From assembly GCA_013265495.1 (NCBI GenBank), contig MU059903.1, forward strand, positions 496,001 to 560,000: 64,000 bases of DNA. Direction: 5' to 3'. Source of the stretch: Vicugna vicugna. Its lineage: Eukaryota. The notes beneath the pieces are model-generated. The model worked only from the letters and a program-made list of their open reading frames with translations, made no database searches and was not told where the DNA came from. Shown one piece after another: positions 49,771-62,329 of this stretch. Positions within the stretch are counted from its first letter, which is position 1, and the number at the start of each line of letters is the position of its first letter. The position numbers and the translations under genes are program-made.

Positions 49771-51862
49771 GCACATACTGGGACCACCTCATTTTACAGT
49801 GGCCTTGGAGAGACCAGGAGGTCTTAGGGACCACTAAGCCTCAGCCCCTGGTGTTGCCCCGGCAGAGCTGAGTGCCCAGAGGGATGATGTGCCTTGGCCA
49901 CCTTCTACCGACAGTGACAGACTCATATGCGACTCCAGCCCCGGTGTGATTCCTGTCCAAAAGTCTAGAGACAGCCCTACCAAAAAAGTTTATTATATAC
50001 AACATGTATACATATAGTATTGCTTCTACAATGTGTGTATATGTAGTATTGTTTTAAGCCCTGGCATAGATGGATACTCAGTAAACAGTCAGGAAGGCCT
50101 GGGGGCCAGTCACGTTATCCGATCTCTGAGGGAGAGCCTACAGTGGCCCTTGGGAGCACCCTCCACAGGAGATGAGAAGAGGGGCAGCGAGCCCCCCCGA
50201 GGGTAGGGCCCCCACAACTCCCTGTCCCCTCTCCAGTGGTCGCTGAGCTCCCACCTGGCCAGGAGAGCGCTGCTCACACCCGCAGCTGCCTGCCCGCACT
50301 CCCCCTGTCCCTGCCCTCTTGGGACCCCGCTGAGCAGTCTATGCCTCAGGACCTAACCCTGGACTCCACTGCGTCCACCACTGGCATCCACCGTGGCCAC
50401 GCACACTGTCTGATTTCCTGCACTGAAGGCAGAAACCATCCCTCTGCCCCAACCAAGTGCAGGCCAGGGCCCAGCCGGCTCACTAAGGCTGGGGCAGCAG
50501 GCAGACCCAGGATGGAAGCTTCCCCCTCGCGCCAGCTAGGTGACTGGGTGCAGCAAACCGCCGGGCCTCAGTGTGCTCCTCTGTGAAACGGGGCGACACC
50601 AGACAACAGCAGGGCCTGTGTCTAGAGGCACACACAGCTCCTTCCTTCAAAGAGATGGGTATAAAGGCTGGCAGTACTTAAAGAAATGAGGGAAGGAGGC
50701 CACTCTGGGTGTGGCTTCTATTAATAGAGCGAGGTCCTGGGAGAGCACCAAGGCCGTGCCTCCTGAGAGTTGCCAGCGGCAGCTGCCCTGGTGACAGGCC
50801 GTCCCAAAACCCTTCCCCCAGCACCCTCCAAACCCAAGTCCAGTGTGCACACACATGTGCCGTCCGTGTAAACACAGCTTCTCTCACGTGGCTCTCAGGA
50901 GCTCACCTTAGGCGATCCCGATTTAAATTGAACTTAGGTGAGCTTGCTTTATTTTGAATGATCCAGCAAATGCAGTTACAGCTACCCTCTTCCAAGGGCC
51001 TGAAACCCAAACAAGACAGCCTGGTGTGGAGCTGAGCTAGGCCTTGAATGTCACATGCTTCAAAAGCAGATGTTTATCATTACAAAATTAACTGTTCCGA
51101 AACCTGAAGCCGGTTCATCAGCAGCAACCTAATATAGCCAACAATTCAGTTTGCAAACCTGAAAGAGTTCTCTTTAGCAACACGGGAGATAATGTGTTCT
51201 GTAACTTTTCTCTGTGAGGGCTTCTCCGGCGACAGGCAGACATTTACGGCAGCTTCAGGGCACTGGCCTTCAGAACCCCCTCACCCTGAGGGAGACCCTC
51301 ACCCCAGCGTCACCCTGCCATTGCTGACCGCATCCTTCTTGGGGCAAAAGGGCCGAGAGACAGGTGGACACTCAGCACTGCTGCAGGAGGACCCCGTTTC
51401 TCTCGGGCCCCGCCCCTGCCAGCCCCAGCGCCCTAGGCCTGAGCCGAGAGCAAGTCAGAAATCAATTAGGAAGAAGCAGATTCTTCTTCCTATGCTGCAT
51501 CAGAACTCACTGATCCTCTGCAGGCCTGCAGAGGATCAGTGAGGGCTGCCAGTTGTGGTTTGGGGAAATATACGCGATGTTCTAATCCACGTGTCGGAAA
51601 AATCATCCGAGGCTGGGCAGCTCAGACGTGGGTCTCTGACTCCTTCGTTCTTCAGTTGCTGCTTTTCTTCCATGCCTGACATCTTGATTTCTGATCTCCC
51701 TCTACCCCGCACTGCTCCTGTTTCTGTAGTTATGTTTTGCTTTCTCCTGCACCGAAACCCTGAAGAACCTGGTATTTAGTCTTTTATCTCCCATAGCACC
51801 TTGTACCCTGCAGGCAGGTAACTACTTAATAAGTTCATCTGGTTCAGACTTACTGTGCAACC

Positions 51863-52279
51863 TGTTATGGGTTGGATTGTGACCCCAGAGATTCGTATGT
51901 TCAAGCCCTCAGCCCCAGCACCACAAACGTGACCTTATTTGGACACAAGGTCGTCGCCAATGTAATCAGTTAAGTTGAGGTCACACTGGGGGAGGGAGGC
52001 CCTAATCCAGTGACTGGCGTCCTTGTAAAAGGGAAGTCTGGACACAGAAGAGACCCCGGGAGACGCCGTGGGGAGACTGGAGTCGTGCTGCCGGGAACCA
52101 CCGGACGCCCCGGAGAGGCCAGGACAGACCTTCCCCTGAACCTGCAGAGGGAGCGGCCCTGCCCACACCTCCCTCCCCGACTGCTGCCTCCAGGATGTGA
52201 GAGAGTGAAGTTGTGGTGTTTCAGCCCCTGGCCTGCAGTCCTCTGGTACTGATAATAGCTGCCCCGGGAAGAGAACACA
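51863..52279 (+). mobile_element. MLT1 (ERVL-MaLR) solo LTR
   Basis: TG...CA termini, MLT1 hallmarks (GTGACCTTATTTGGA...AATGTAATCAGTTAAG...CCTAATCCAGTGACTGG), and a 5-bp TSD CAACC/CAGCC. Confidence 0.85.
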
Positions 52280-53083
52280 CAGCCAAGAGCTTAAACCAGT
52301 TTAACGGCACACACGCACGCCCGGGGCAGCCAGCGAGGCCAGAGGGCAGCCTCTGATTTTCAGCCGCATTCCACACATCCTGGCAGATGGAGTGTCTTCT
52401 GTGCCGCACTTTGTGTGCTACGATGTGTTCCATTATCCTGGGCATAGAGAGAGAGCCAGGTTCCTTGGGTGTTTCCTGGTGAATCAAGCAACTTCCTCTG
52501 CTGCATTTGCAAGTAAAACTAAAGCAGCACGTCATGACTTCCACTATGTGAACATGCCTTTGTGATCTCCCAGAAGTTTCAGAGGCTGGAACGTTACTAT
52601 ATCTCGATTTTACCCCCTTGGCGAAATAGTCTAAGGATGTTTGGAGTGTTTGCTGGTGAGCCAGTGCTAACAGGCCCACTGGACTCTGTGGCCTTTGTGC
52701 GTTTCTCATCACAGGAGGAATGACAGAAGCAGACAGCGTGGGCAGGTCAGCAAAACATCCTGGCCATTACTAGACCAAACCAAAGCAGCAGAGCATTGAA
52801 CGCGAAGATTTAGGGAGCCCTGTGACGCCCACTTGTCTCTCCCCTGTGGCAGAGGACGTATCGCTGGCAATACTGAAATGTGTCTCTTTTCTGTGAGCTG
52901 CTCGTGTGAAGTCTACCAGCCCCTCCCCTGCCTGACCTCCCACCCAAAGGAACACAGGCTGCGGGAAAGGAAGGCGAGCAGAGCAGCCTGAACCGGTCAG
53001 CTGCCCTTAGTTCTGCACCTCTTACTGGCCCTAAAGCAGAACAAAGCAGCAGAGCACACAAAACACACCAGGACGTGTTCTCT

Positions 53084-53206
53084 TTGTCTTGTTTTTGTTT
53101 TGGGGGGAGGTAATTAGGTTTATTTATTTTAATGGAGGTACTGAGGATCGAACCCAGGACCTCATGCGTGCTAAGTGAACACTCTACCACTGAGCTGTCT
53201 CCTCCC
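53084..53206 (-). mobile_element. tRNA-Ala-derived camelid SINE (Vic-1-like)
   Basis: Minus strand GGGAGGAGACAGCTCAGTGGTAGAG...GGTTCGATCCTCAG...AAATAAACCTAATTACCTCCCCCC plus an A-rich tail. Degenerate TSD AGGACGTGTTCTCTT / AGGATGTATTTTCTT. Confidence 0.85.
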
Positions 53207-54949
53207 TCAAGGATGTATTTTCTTAATAAAAGGCATGTGGGACACGAGTCACCCCAACCCAGTTCTCGATTCTGCACTACACTGTCCCCAGCCTGATGGT
53301 TCATTTTACATTGTGACTTTGCAAAAGTTATGTTGCAGGCTGCTTACGCCCCGTTAACCAGTCTTCCATGGGTTCACGTGGCAAACTGGGGAAAGTTAGG
53401 ACCCTTTCCATTCCATATGAATACTCGGTGAAGTTTCCAAATGTTCCTTTTCAAGGAAAAACGTCCTCAGACTAACATTTCCACATCCACGTGAACGCTG
53501 TTCCGCTTGCGTGCTTCCTGGCAGACGTGATTTGGTGTGCATGCAAACATCAGAAAGTTCAAATAAATAACTCTTCTTAGGAAATGTAAAATGCTCACGA
53601 AACTTCCAAAACCCAGGGTTTTTAGAGGTGGAGAATGGCTAATATTTTACTCCGAAAACCTACCTTTGTACCACATCGAATCAGTGCTTGTGTCTATAAT
53701 TTGCTACTTTGCAGCTGAGCTTCCGTGATGATTGTGTTCCTCTAAAACAAACCAGGTGGGGCCTGGGGGGAATGAAAGGGTAGCTGGACTATAAGAAGTT
53801 TCCGAGTGACCACAGGTTTGGAAGATGCTGGGTTGTTTCAGTTTGGCTTCTGCAAGTTAAACATGATGTTCATTCCTCTCTTTGTTTCCAAGATGAAAGG
53901 AATGCTATGGTTTTCTAAGAAAGTCTTTCTACAGTTTAAAAGAAAGTGATTATTGAAGTCGGCTGGTCAATGTGAATGCAGTTAACATGTCAGATGATAT
54001 ATGTATTGATAATGGCATGTTTTTATCATACAGCCTCTGAAGTTTCCTAAAGCCTCACTCTCAGAAATGTAACAGTCTTTTATATAACCTGTTTTTGTAA
54101 ACTTAGCATGCATTTTCAATGTCTTTCAACATCTGTCTTTTATTAGCAGAGGTCCTGATACCCAGATGACAACAAAGGATTTTGAGTGCCCTGAAAGTTA
54201 GAGCCTGCTTCTTATTTCTGTCTTAAATCATAATTTTACTGTGACATCAGGTTCATGTAGAAGCGACATTTTTATTTCCTGGGCAGACAGGCAGCTGTTC
54301 GGTCTAAAACACTGATTCTGTTTTCATAAATATGTTCCAAGTAATACCTAAAAGTAGCATGCATACACAATTCATATTAAATAAAATCTTTTCTGACTTT
54401 TAACATGTATTGCCAGAACATGCACAAACTTAAAAGATTAAACATTTTACTTTTTAAAGTCACCAAATTAACCTTTTATTATTAGCAAATTGATACTGTG
54501 CATTGGGGCCAATAAACCTCATTTAAGAAATTAAATAGTTTTTCCTAATTATGGTGCACTTTAATTTCTACACTTAACACCATTTAAATAATTGTTGATC
54601 TTAAGATTATGTACTAGCAAAAAAAATTGGGACAAGACTGCAGTGTTTTTGAAATACAGGGCCCACCGTTTTAAAAGGCGCTCTCTCCGCTCGCCCCTGC
54701 TTTGTCGGCTGAGCCAGAGGAAAGCAAACTTTAATCACTCACAGAGTTGCGGTCAAGGTTCATGCTGCAGCCCCGGGAAACCGCAAGTCATGACGAAGAG
54801 AACCAAGGTCTGCAGAACCAGACTCTGCTCAAAATCAGGTATGAACCTGAAAATCAAATCTCGCTTTCAAGCCAACCTTGAAGAATGCCAGGGCTTCCCA
54901 GCCCTGTGTATGCCATCCGCTGGGCTTGGGAGACACGAGGAATTCCTTC

Positions 54950-56400
54950 GTGGGGAGGGCAGTAAATCATTTCACAACCCAGCCCTCGGCTATTGATAAA
55001 TGCACCTTTTAAAAATGCACAGCAATTGGTCAGCTAAACAGAGGGTGAAACTCATACGACACCACCCACAAAAGCTATTCAAACAAAGCCTGGGAGGAAG
55101 CATTGCACGGCGCAGGAGCCGGGTTCTCCGGTCAGGTCGCGGAGGGGGCGACTCCTCCTTCAGGCGGGGCAGAGCAGAGAGCTCCCCTTCCCTCCCGGCC
55201 TCCCCCCGGGCCGTTCCCCTTGAACGCGGCCCGGCCCCCTCCCCAGCCGGCACCGCACACAATGGCGCCCCGAGCGGGATCCCGCCACCGGGTCCTCGCG
55301 CCGCCAGCGCGCCCCCCGCGCGGTCCGCGTTCCCGGGTCCGCGCACAAAGGAGGCGCGTGGGCTCCTTCGCGCCCCGCGCGGCCACCAGGTGCCGGCGCC
55401 AGCGACCCCGCGCCCGAGCGCCTCCGCGCATTCTGGGCCGCGGTGAGGGCAAGGTGGGGCGCGGGGCCTCCCACCGCCCAGGGCTCCCACCGCCCAGGCG
55501 CCCACCGCCGGGCTTCCTTCCCACCGCCCCGGGCCTGTCCGCCGGGGGGGCGCGGGCCGGGGGGCACTCACTTTCTCGATGGTCCCGGGCAGCAGGCGCT
55601 CCAGCAGCCTGCAGAGGACCACCCCATCCTTCAGAGACGCCTGCAGGAAGCCCTCCGGGTCCGAGATGGTTTTCTTGGGCGACTCCAGCACCCCCAAGGT
55701 AATGAGCCACGTAACGGTCTGCTCGGCGGAATTCATAGCGGCGGCGCGCCGGGCCTCCCCGCGCCGCGAGCCCGTCTCGGCGCCGTTCACCTCGGAGCGG
55801 CGGCGGCCCGGCCGGCTGCGCCCACCGCCCCCTCCTCCTGCTCGCCCATGGAGAGGCCGGCGACGGCGATTGGCTCGGGCGGCGCCGCGGTCCGGCCGGC
55901 TCGCGCTCCCTCGCGTGCGTCCTGGCCGACTGTCAAGTGCCTTTTCATTAGATGCACATGAACCTGCGGCGGCCGCCCGGCGCCGCCCCCGCCGCCGCCT
56001 CCCGGCTCCCAGCCGCTGCCGCCGATGACATCACTGCGAGGAGAAGAAAGACGCCGCGCTGGAGCGGCCCCGCGCCCCGGGCCCCTGCCTCCCGGCCCCG
56101 CGACCCCCGGGCCCGCCGGCACCCGGCCGCCGCACACGCGCCCGCCGCCGGGCGCCCCCGCCGTGCGCCCTCCACACCCTGGCCGGCTGTGAGCGCGCGT
56201 CCCCACCTGCGCCGCCGGGTGGTGGCCCCCCCCCCGCCCCAAGGGCCCGATGACCTCCAGGAGGCGACAGCCTGGCGGCCAGGGAGGACTCGCCGGGCCT
56301 CCCAACCCGCGGGTTGCGCGCGCCCTTAACCGTTTGCGCCCGGCGGGGCCCAAGCGCAGCCCCCGCTCCGATGCGAGACCCGGGCCAGGCACCTCTCGCT
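54950..56400. promoter_or_regulatory. CpG island / main ARHGEF7 promoter
   Basis: Very GC- and CpG-rich and spans exon 1. NF-Y box AGCCAATCG on the minus strand (ATTGG at 55869-55873), CRE-like TGACATCA at 56026-56033, many GC boxes. Boundaries approximate. Confidence 0.85.
55572..55736 (-). CDS. ARHGEF7: ARHGEF7 (beta-PIX) coding exon 1, long CH-domain isoform; 165 nt, [55 protein letters not shown]
   Basis: Translation matches the recognised ARHGEF7 N-terminus. ATG at 55736-55734; donor AAA|GTGAGT with the intron starting at 55571; phase 0; lies inside a CpG island. Confidence 0.97.
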
Positions 56401-57459
56401 GTCCTGTGCCTTCTGCCGCCTTCTTCCCTCCTCGGAAGACTCGGAATCCTTTGTTTATATTCTTAATTCATGAATGTTTAAATTATTAAGTGTTTCCCAG
56501 AATGCTCTTTTTATTTTTGTCAGTTTTACTTCAAGAGGTCGGGAGTGGGGGGAAGCTGAAAACGAGATGTTTTCTTCTCTCCGCTACCTTGCAAAGCCAA
56601 CAATTACAGAACACAGTGATAATTAAATCTGTAACCAGATGGGTCTAATTTGGGGAGGAATTGATTTTCCTGATGCTGCTGCGATCCATGGGACGTGGAG
56701 GCCCCAGAGTGCGGGGCAGCCAGTGTTACGCGTGCCCCCTGCTGGTAGGCCAGTCCGTGCGCGTGACCTCCCCGGTGCAGCGGGCCCACGCTCCAGGGCC
56801 GAAACCTTGGAGTGATTCCACTTTAAGTTGATGGTGATGTTTCAGACACTGTGGGAGGAAAGTCAAGAAAACAGCAGAGCCAGAGCTGGGTCTGTGCAGA
56901 TGATCTGGAAGGAAGGACTGAGAACAGCTCAGTCCAGCAGGCCACTTGGCCAGAGCACACCTGGGCAAAAATGCTTGGTGGAGATCTGGCTGTGATTGCC
57001 CCAGTCAGACCTAAAGAACTCAAACATCCAACTGTCAGGCAGTGAACAAGCTTCTTCCACAGAGGAATGGCACTGACACGTATATGCTCAGGAAGGGAGA
57101 CAGACTTCTTAGAAGGACGTGTGGACATGGACATTTTGTCCGTTTACTCCATCCGGTTCCTGCCTGCTTTTCCAGTTTGCCTGCTGGGATTGCCCACGGC
57201 TATTTCAGCCAGCACAGCAGTCACCTGCAGAGAGCTTACCATGTGCCCGGCACATGTATTAATCCAATTAGTGACAAGGCTAGAAAACATGAAGATTAAA
57301 AAAAAACAAAAACAGAGGCTTCACTCTCCCCTTCCTCTGCCTTCTCCCACAGTGCTTCATGCATGAATTGCATTTACTCCCAGCTGTAAGTGGCTAAGTT
57401 TTCTTTCCAAATGCAAACACAAGGTGATTCAAAGAGCAGGAGGAATTCTGGACCACGAG

Positions 57460-57637
57460 GGCCAGGTTTCCGGTGGTCACAGCTCCCGCTTCCCGAACTC
57501 CCAGTGTCTGCCGTGTGCTCGCCCCGCGTGATCCTGCAGGACACGACCGGCCAGGTTTCCGGTGGTCACAGCTCCCGCTTCCCGAACTCCCAGTGTCTGC
57601 CGTGTGCTCGCCCCGCGTGATCCTGCAGGACGCGACC
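57460..57637. repeat. 89-bp direct tandem duplication (2 copies, 88/89 identical)
   Basis: Units 57460-57548 and 57549-57637; single difference at 57543 (A) versus 57632 (G). Confidence 0.95.
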
Positions 57638-57864
57638 ACTGCCTTGGGAAGTTTCTCTCCTCCTCCGCATTTTCCGGTTGCACATCCGTCAAGTGGTGGA
57701 GATGGACTCACGCCTGGGCTCTGCAACGCCGGGACTGACCCTCCCCAGCCACGGTCCAGACCGCTTCCCTGTATGCTTCCCAGGGAGCAGGGCAGTCAGC
57801 GGCTCGAAAGACACGTTCTCAGCAGAAAGGTGCTGTCCCGTGAGTCGTTTGTTCACTGAGATTC

Positions 57865-58312
57865 CTGTTTCCTCTCACTACTGCTGCACTGGACACGGTT
57901 TAGAATACAGTCATTCCAATTCCGTCAGATTAGGCTTGGTGCTCAAAATCTGGTGAACGCAAGTAAGGCCGAGCTTGACTCCGTCAGGTGCTCCCCCAGG
58001 AAGGCGGCTCTAGGAGCGGACGTAGGTGACCAGTGCACCTCTCCCGCTGGTGGCCAGCCGTCTCTGGTGTTCCTTCTGGGCTTGTGGGTGCCTCCCTCCG
58101 ATCTCTGCCTCTGTCTTCACACGGCCTTCTCTCTCTTCCTCTGGGTTAATGTCCAAAATTCCTACATTTTTTTAAGGACTCCAGTCCCTGGATTAGGGCC
58201 CATCGTAACTTGATTACATCTGCAAAGATCCTATTTCCAAATAAGCTCACATCCAGAGGCACTGGGAGTTAGGGCTTGAACATATCTTTGGGGGAGAAAA
58301 CTCAACCCCCAG
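57865..58312 (-). mobile_element. MLT1-family solo LTR (antisense)
   Basis: CTTGATTACATCTGCAAAGATCCTATTTCCAAATAAG...GGGAGTTAGGGCTTGAACATATCTTTGGGGG is the reverse MLT1 5' motif. Confidence 0.75.
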
Positions 58313-59399
58313 TCGCACCCTCTGAGAAACTGCCCGCCAGAGGAGCGTGAGGCTGAAGTTCCTATCACAGCACACCAAGGCAGACATGAACCTAGGGATC
58401 TCTCGGTAGTGATGCTCGGATCCGCGGGAGGTTCTGATGCCGTCTCCCCGCCCATCCACGACGAGCCTGTGCGTCCTCATCATTCGTTTCCACCGCTGTC
58501 AACAGTTCCCTCCCCGACGCAACAGCTCGCTGGGAGTTGCCGTAGCTTGGCCGTCTCAGTCACTTACCAGCTGGAATTCCGCAGAGGCTCTGCTCTTATC
58601 AACTATATGGATAGCTGCTGCAGGACAGGCAAGATAAATGCTTATTTTCTGCCTTGACCAGTTCTCAGCATCATGAGCTGGTGCTCTAGCATCCTGAAAA
58701 GGAGACCAGGGATTTAAGCATCACCATGAACGCGTGGGTTTTGGAAAACGTATTTGATGCGTTTCAGTTTACTTCCCTCTTCCTAGCTTCTCTTTTTTGT
58801 CCTTGTTGGGAGCTGTTTCCTTATGAGTCTCATGTTTCTGAATATCTGAGCAGAAGTAACAGCAGCTTTTGTTCTATCTTTTCAAGAGTGTTTTGGATCA
58901 AACAGCCTTTTGAAGATAGAGATGTGGTCCCCTCTTGGGCAGAAGACAAATTTGCTTGCAGGCCAGCTGATGAAAAATGTCTCCTCCAGGACAACGTTTG
59001 GGCAGGCTTATTTGAGGTCCCTTTAAAGATCACAGTTTGCTAGGCAGGGGTTCCTCAGCTGTGACACAAGCCCACTGTTTGTGGGGCACCCCACCCCCAC
59101 TGAGTCCACCATGCTTTGCCTTGGACTTGGGAGCAGTGGGCACAGAGAATCTGGGGCCTGTGGTGACAGCTCGGCTGAGTCACACGGTCCTTTGTCTCTG
59201 ACCCGGGAGTCTCGTGCCTCCTGCCAGCAGCCGTGGAACCCTGGCTTACCTGTGTCTGTCTCTGAGTAGCTGAGGTCCCAGGCCCGCGCCTTGGCCCGCG
59301 TCCCGGGACGAGGGATCCGCTGCCCTTTTCATCTTCCTGAATACGGCTTTCGCCTTGTCTCGTGAGCTTTATTACTGAGTACTTCCTTCTTCATTGCTT

Positions 59400-61330
59400 C
59401 CAAGGAGGTGTGCAGCTTCCCTTTTGATTTCCTCTTTGGTCAGATCTTTTCCAGGAGTCTGCTTCTTTATTACCCACAAATTGAGAGCTTGTTGGCCATT
59501 GACCGTAGCTAGTCAACTAGGCCTATAAATCTCTGCTTCTCCAAATTTGCTAAGGTTTTAAATGTCCCATGAACATAAAAGGATGTACATACTCTGTTCA
59601 AGAGATTATATACTTATATTTATTATGTAAGGTTTTTGTGCTTTTTTAAAAAAGAATGTTTTATTCCAGAATAGTTTCAGATCCACCATAGGTTGCAAAA
59701 ATAGTACAGAGAGCGCCCATGTAACCTTCACCCAGCTGCCTTCGAGGGTAACGTCTCACATAACCAGAGAGCGTTTCGGAGCAAGGGAGGCAACGTCGGT
59801 GTGAGACGATCAGCTGAACCACAGACAATGTTTGGATTTCACCTGTTTCTACATGTGCTTTTTATGCATGCTTCTGTCCACTCCACCACGGGTGTAGACG
59901 GCGTCCTCACCGTCAGGTGCAGAGCTGCTCCTGCACCACAGCAAAAGTCCCCGCCACTGTCCCTTAGGGGGTCGCACCCTGCTCCACTGAACTTTTGAGT
60001 CTTGTCTCCACCTTTTCTGTTAAATGTCTAATTCTCAGAGACATAAATGTCAAAATCAAGTTTTCCCTAAATTTCAAATCATTGTAAAAACTTTAGATAA
60101 AATGTTCAAAGCACAGGTTAATTGAAAAGTTACCTTTTTCACAAATTATGCCTTAAATCAATTCATAATGTTCATCTTTCTCTTCGTTATTTTATCCTAA
60201 TTTTCAATATATCTAGTAATATTTTTCCATTCCTGCTTTTTTTCACTTGTACTTCCCTGGTAACTCTTTACCTACATCTCCGTTTTCAGCCTTTCTTCAT
60301 CACTTCGCTGTAAGTTAGATTGTGTAAAGAGCACAAATGGGTTTTTTAATGCCTCATTGGCAGTGTTTGTTTTTTTAATAAGAAAATAAGTCCATTCATG
60401 GTTAGTGTACAACTAACAGACTCTATTTTGTTCCTTTTATTTTAAACAAGCTGTTTTTTATTCTACATGGCTGTTTTCTATTTTCCTTTCCCATGTGTTT
60501 GTTGGTGCAGCAAATAGCTCTTTATTCCACTTTTTGTCCTTTTTAAAAATTTTTTAAATTGCATCATAGTTTTCCATTTACTAATTTACTAAATTGTTAT
60601 CTTTTACTAAGTGGTTATCTTTCCTTGGTTGGCTTGCAGTCACACACACATGTCTCTACTTTTCCAAGTGAGACTCTATGACACATTACTTCCCCACCAA
60701 CATGCTCTGTTCACTTCCTGCTCGCCACTAGCCCCGAAAGATGAGGCTCCAAGAATGCTTGTGCCTCCCCCTCCTCAGCCCTCAACCGCACGCTTCCAGA
60801 GAGACCCCTGGAGTCCTTTCCATCCTCCCCTTTCTTTACCCCAAACTCTCATATTTTGCACTCAGTGTAGCTATTTTAGTTTTGAACCATCATTAGAATT
60901 TCATTTGTAGAATATACCTTTTCTAGGAGTCTTTATTGAGCACATGTATGACACACATGGGCCTGTGCATGTGCGTGTGTGTGCACGTGTGTGTCTATAT
61001 GCTATTGCTCACCACCATTTTTTTCTTTGTCCCTTCATGCATCCTAAGGTGTGTGTGGTGCTGGTGTCGTGCCTCAGACATTTACCTCTAGTGGACTCTA
61101 AACTATTTTATTTAATCTATGTTTGTGAAAGTGTTTTTATCCCCTCAACAGTGAATGGCATCTTGGCTGGGTAGAGAATTGCTAGGATGAATCCTCTTTT
61201 TATCCCAGCAGTTAGCTGGATGTTCTTCCGCTGTCTTGTGGCTGCTGGTGTTGTGGAGCAGGCGTCTGTGCTGGGGTCAGTGGAGGCTATGACCACAAAG
61301 ACGTCATACCCACCGCTCTCCACTTGAAAA
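59400..61330 (-). mobile_element. Patchwork of ancient antisense L1M fragments (clear 3' end at about 59660-59990)
   Basis: T-rich antisense L1 composition and an L1MB/MC-like 3'-end motif TTTTATTCCAGAATAGTTTCAGATCCAC...GCAAAAATAGTACAGAG. Confidence 0.5.
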
Positions 61331-62329
61331 CTCATTGAAAGGTTCTTTGTTAAATGGATAACTTTACATTTTACTTTTTTCCCTTAAAACTGTGTATTTG
61401 ATATACGTTCCCCGTAGGGTTTATCTTAATGTAATATACGTTTATACTGAGAGACTTTTATCACTCAAGCATACTTTTCTGCATAGAAAATACACATAAA
61501 TAGAAATACGTATTTTTAATGTGATCAAAAAGCTGTAGGTATCAAAAACATTGATTCTAGATTATCCTTATAATTTTTTAGGTTCACAATTGATAAAAAC
61601 AATGCAGGTACCAATTTTTAATAACAGAGTGTTAAATTTAAAAATACAATTCTGGAAATGGCGGAGACAGACAGGGCTGTTTTGCTTCCCAACTAGTTCC
61701 TGTATCTGTGTATAAATGTTTCCTATTACCAGCATGAGACAGAGGTCACCATCTGGGTTAAGGATTTCTCTCTTACTATGGGAATGTGACCTTGGGCTAA
61801 CTTCCAAGCTCTGCTCCCCTGAAAGCTTTATCAAAGTGTCACCCGTGTCACCACGTAGCATTGCTTATGATGGAAATGACCTCCCTGTGTCTGGACTGGG
61901 AGGGCTGTGAACGGTGGGAGGCCCCAGCACGGTGACCCCTCTAACTAGCACGTCGGTGCCCTGCATATTGTAAGACCTAAAACTCCACATACTGCCTTGA
62001 TGTCTCTGAGCCTCACGGGGTCCCGAAGGCCTAATCAGGAGCCCCCTGTCCTCCCCGGCTGTGCCCCCACCTTGTGGGATACGCCTCCCCCGGCTAGTTC
62101 CCACCAGCTAGGGCTGCTGCAGCCCCCACCCCCTCCCTAGTCCTCAGTCTCCCTGCCAGACCCTGGGGTTATTCAAACAAGTCATCACGTCCGCGTGGGG
62201 AACCAGGGGGCACCGCACCCTCTTGTTACTGCAGCGTCTGCCTCTCTCAGCCCCCGGGTCCCCTCTGCTCCCTTGTGCAGCCCCCCGTGGCCCTGCGCGC
62301 TGTGCCGTCTCCCCCCAGCTGTGAGCACA

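Noticed and set aside
54990-55790. 266-aa minus-strand ORF containing the ARHGEF7 N-terminus
   Set aside because: Only 55572-55736 is exonic. The rest is GC-rich intron 1 read-through past a strong GTGAGT donor.
57460-57637. Repeat-spacer (CRISPR-like) interpretation of the 89-bp duplication
   Set aside because: Two abutting copies with no spacers, in mammalian DNA. There are no prokaryotic features anywhere in the window.
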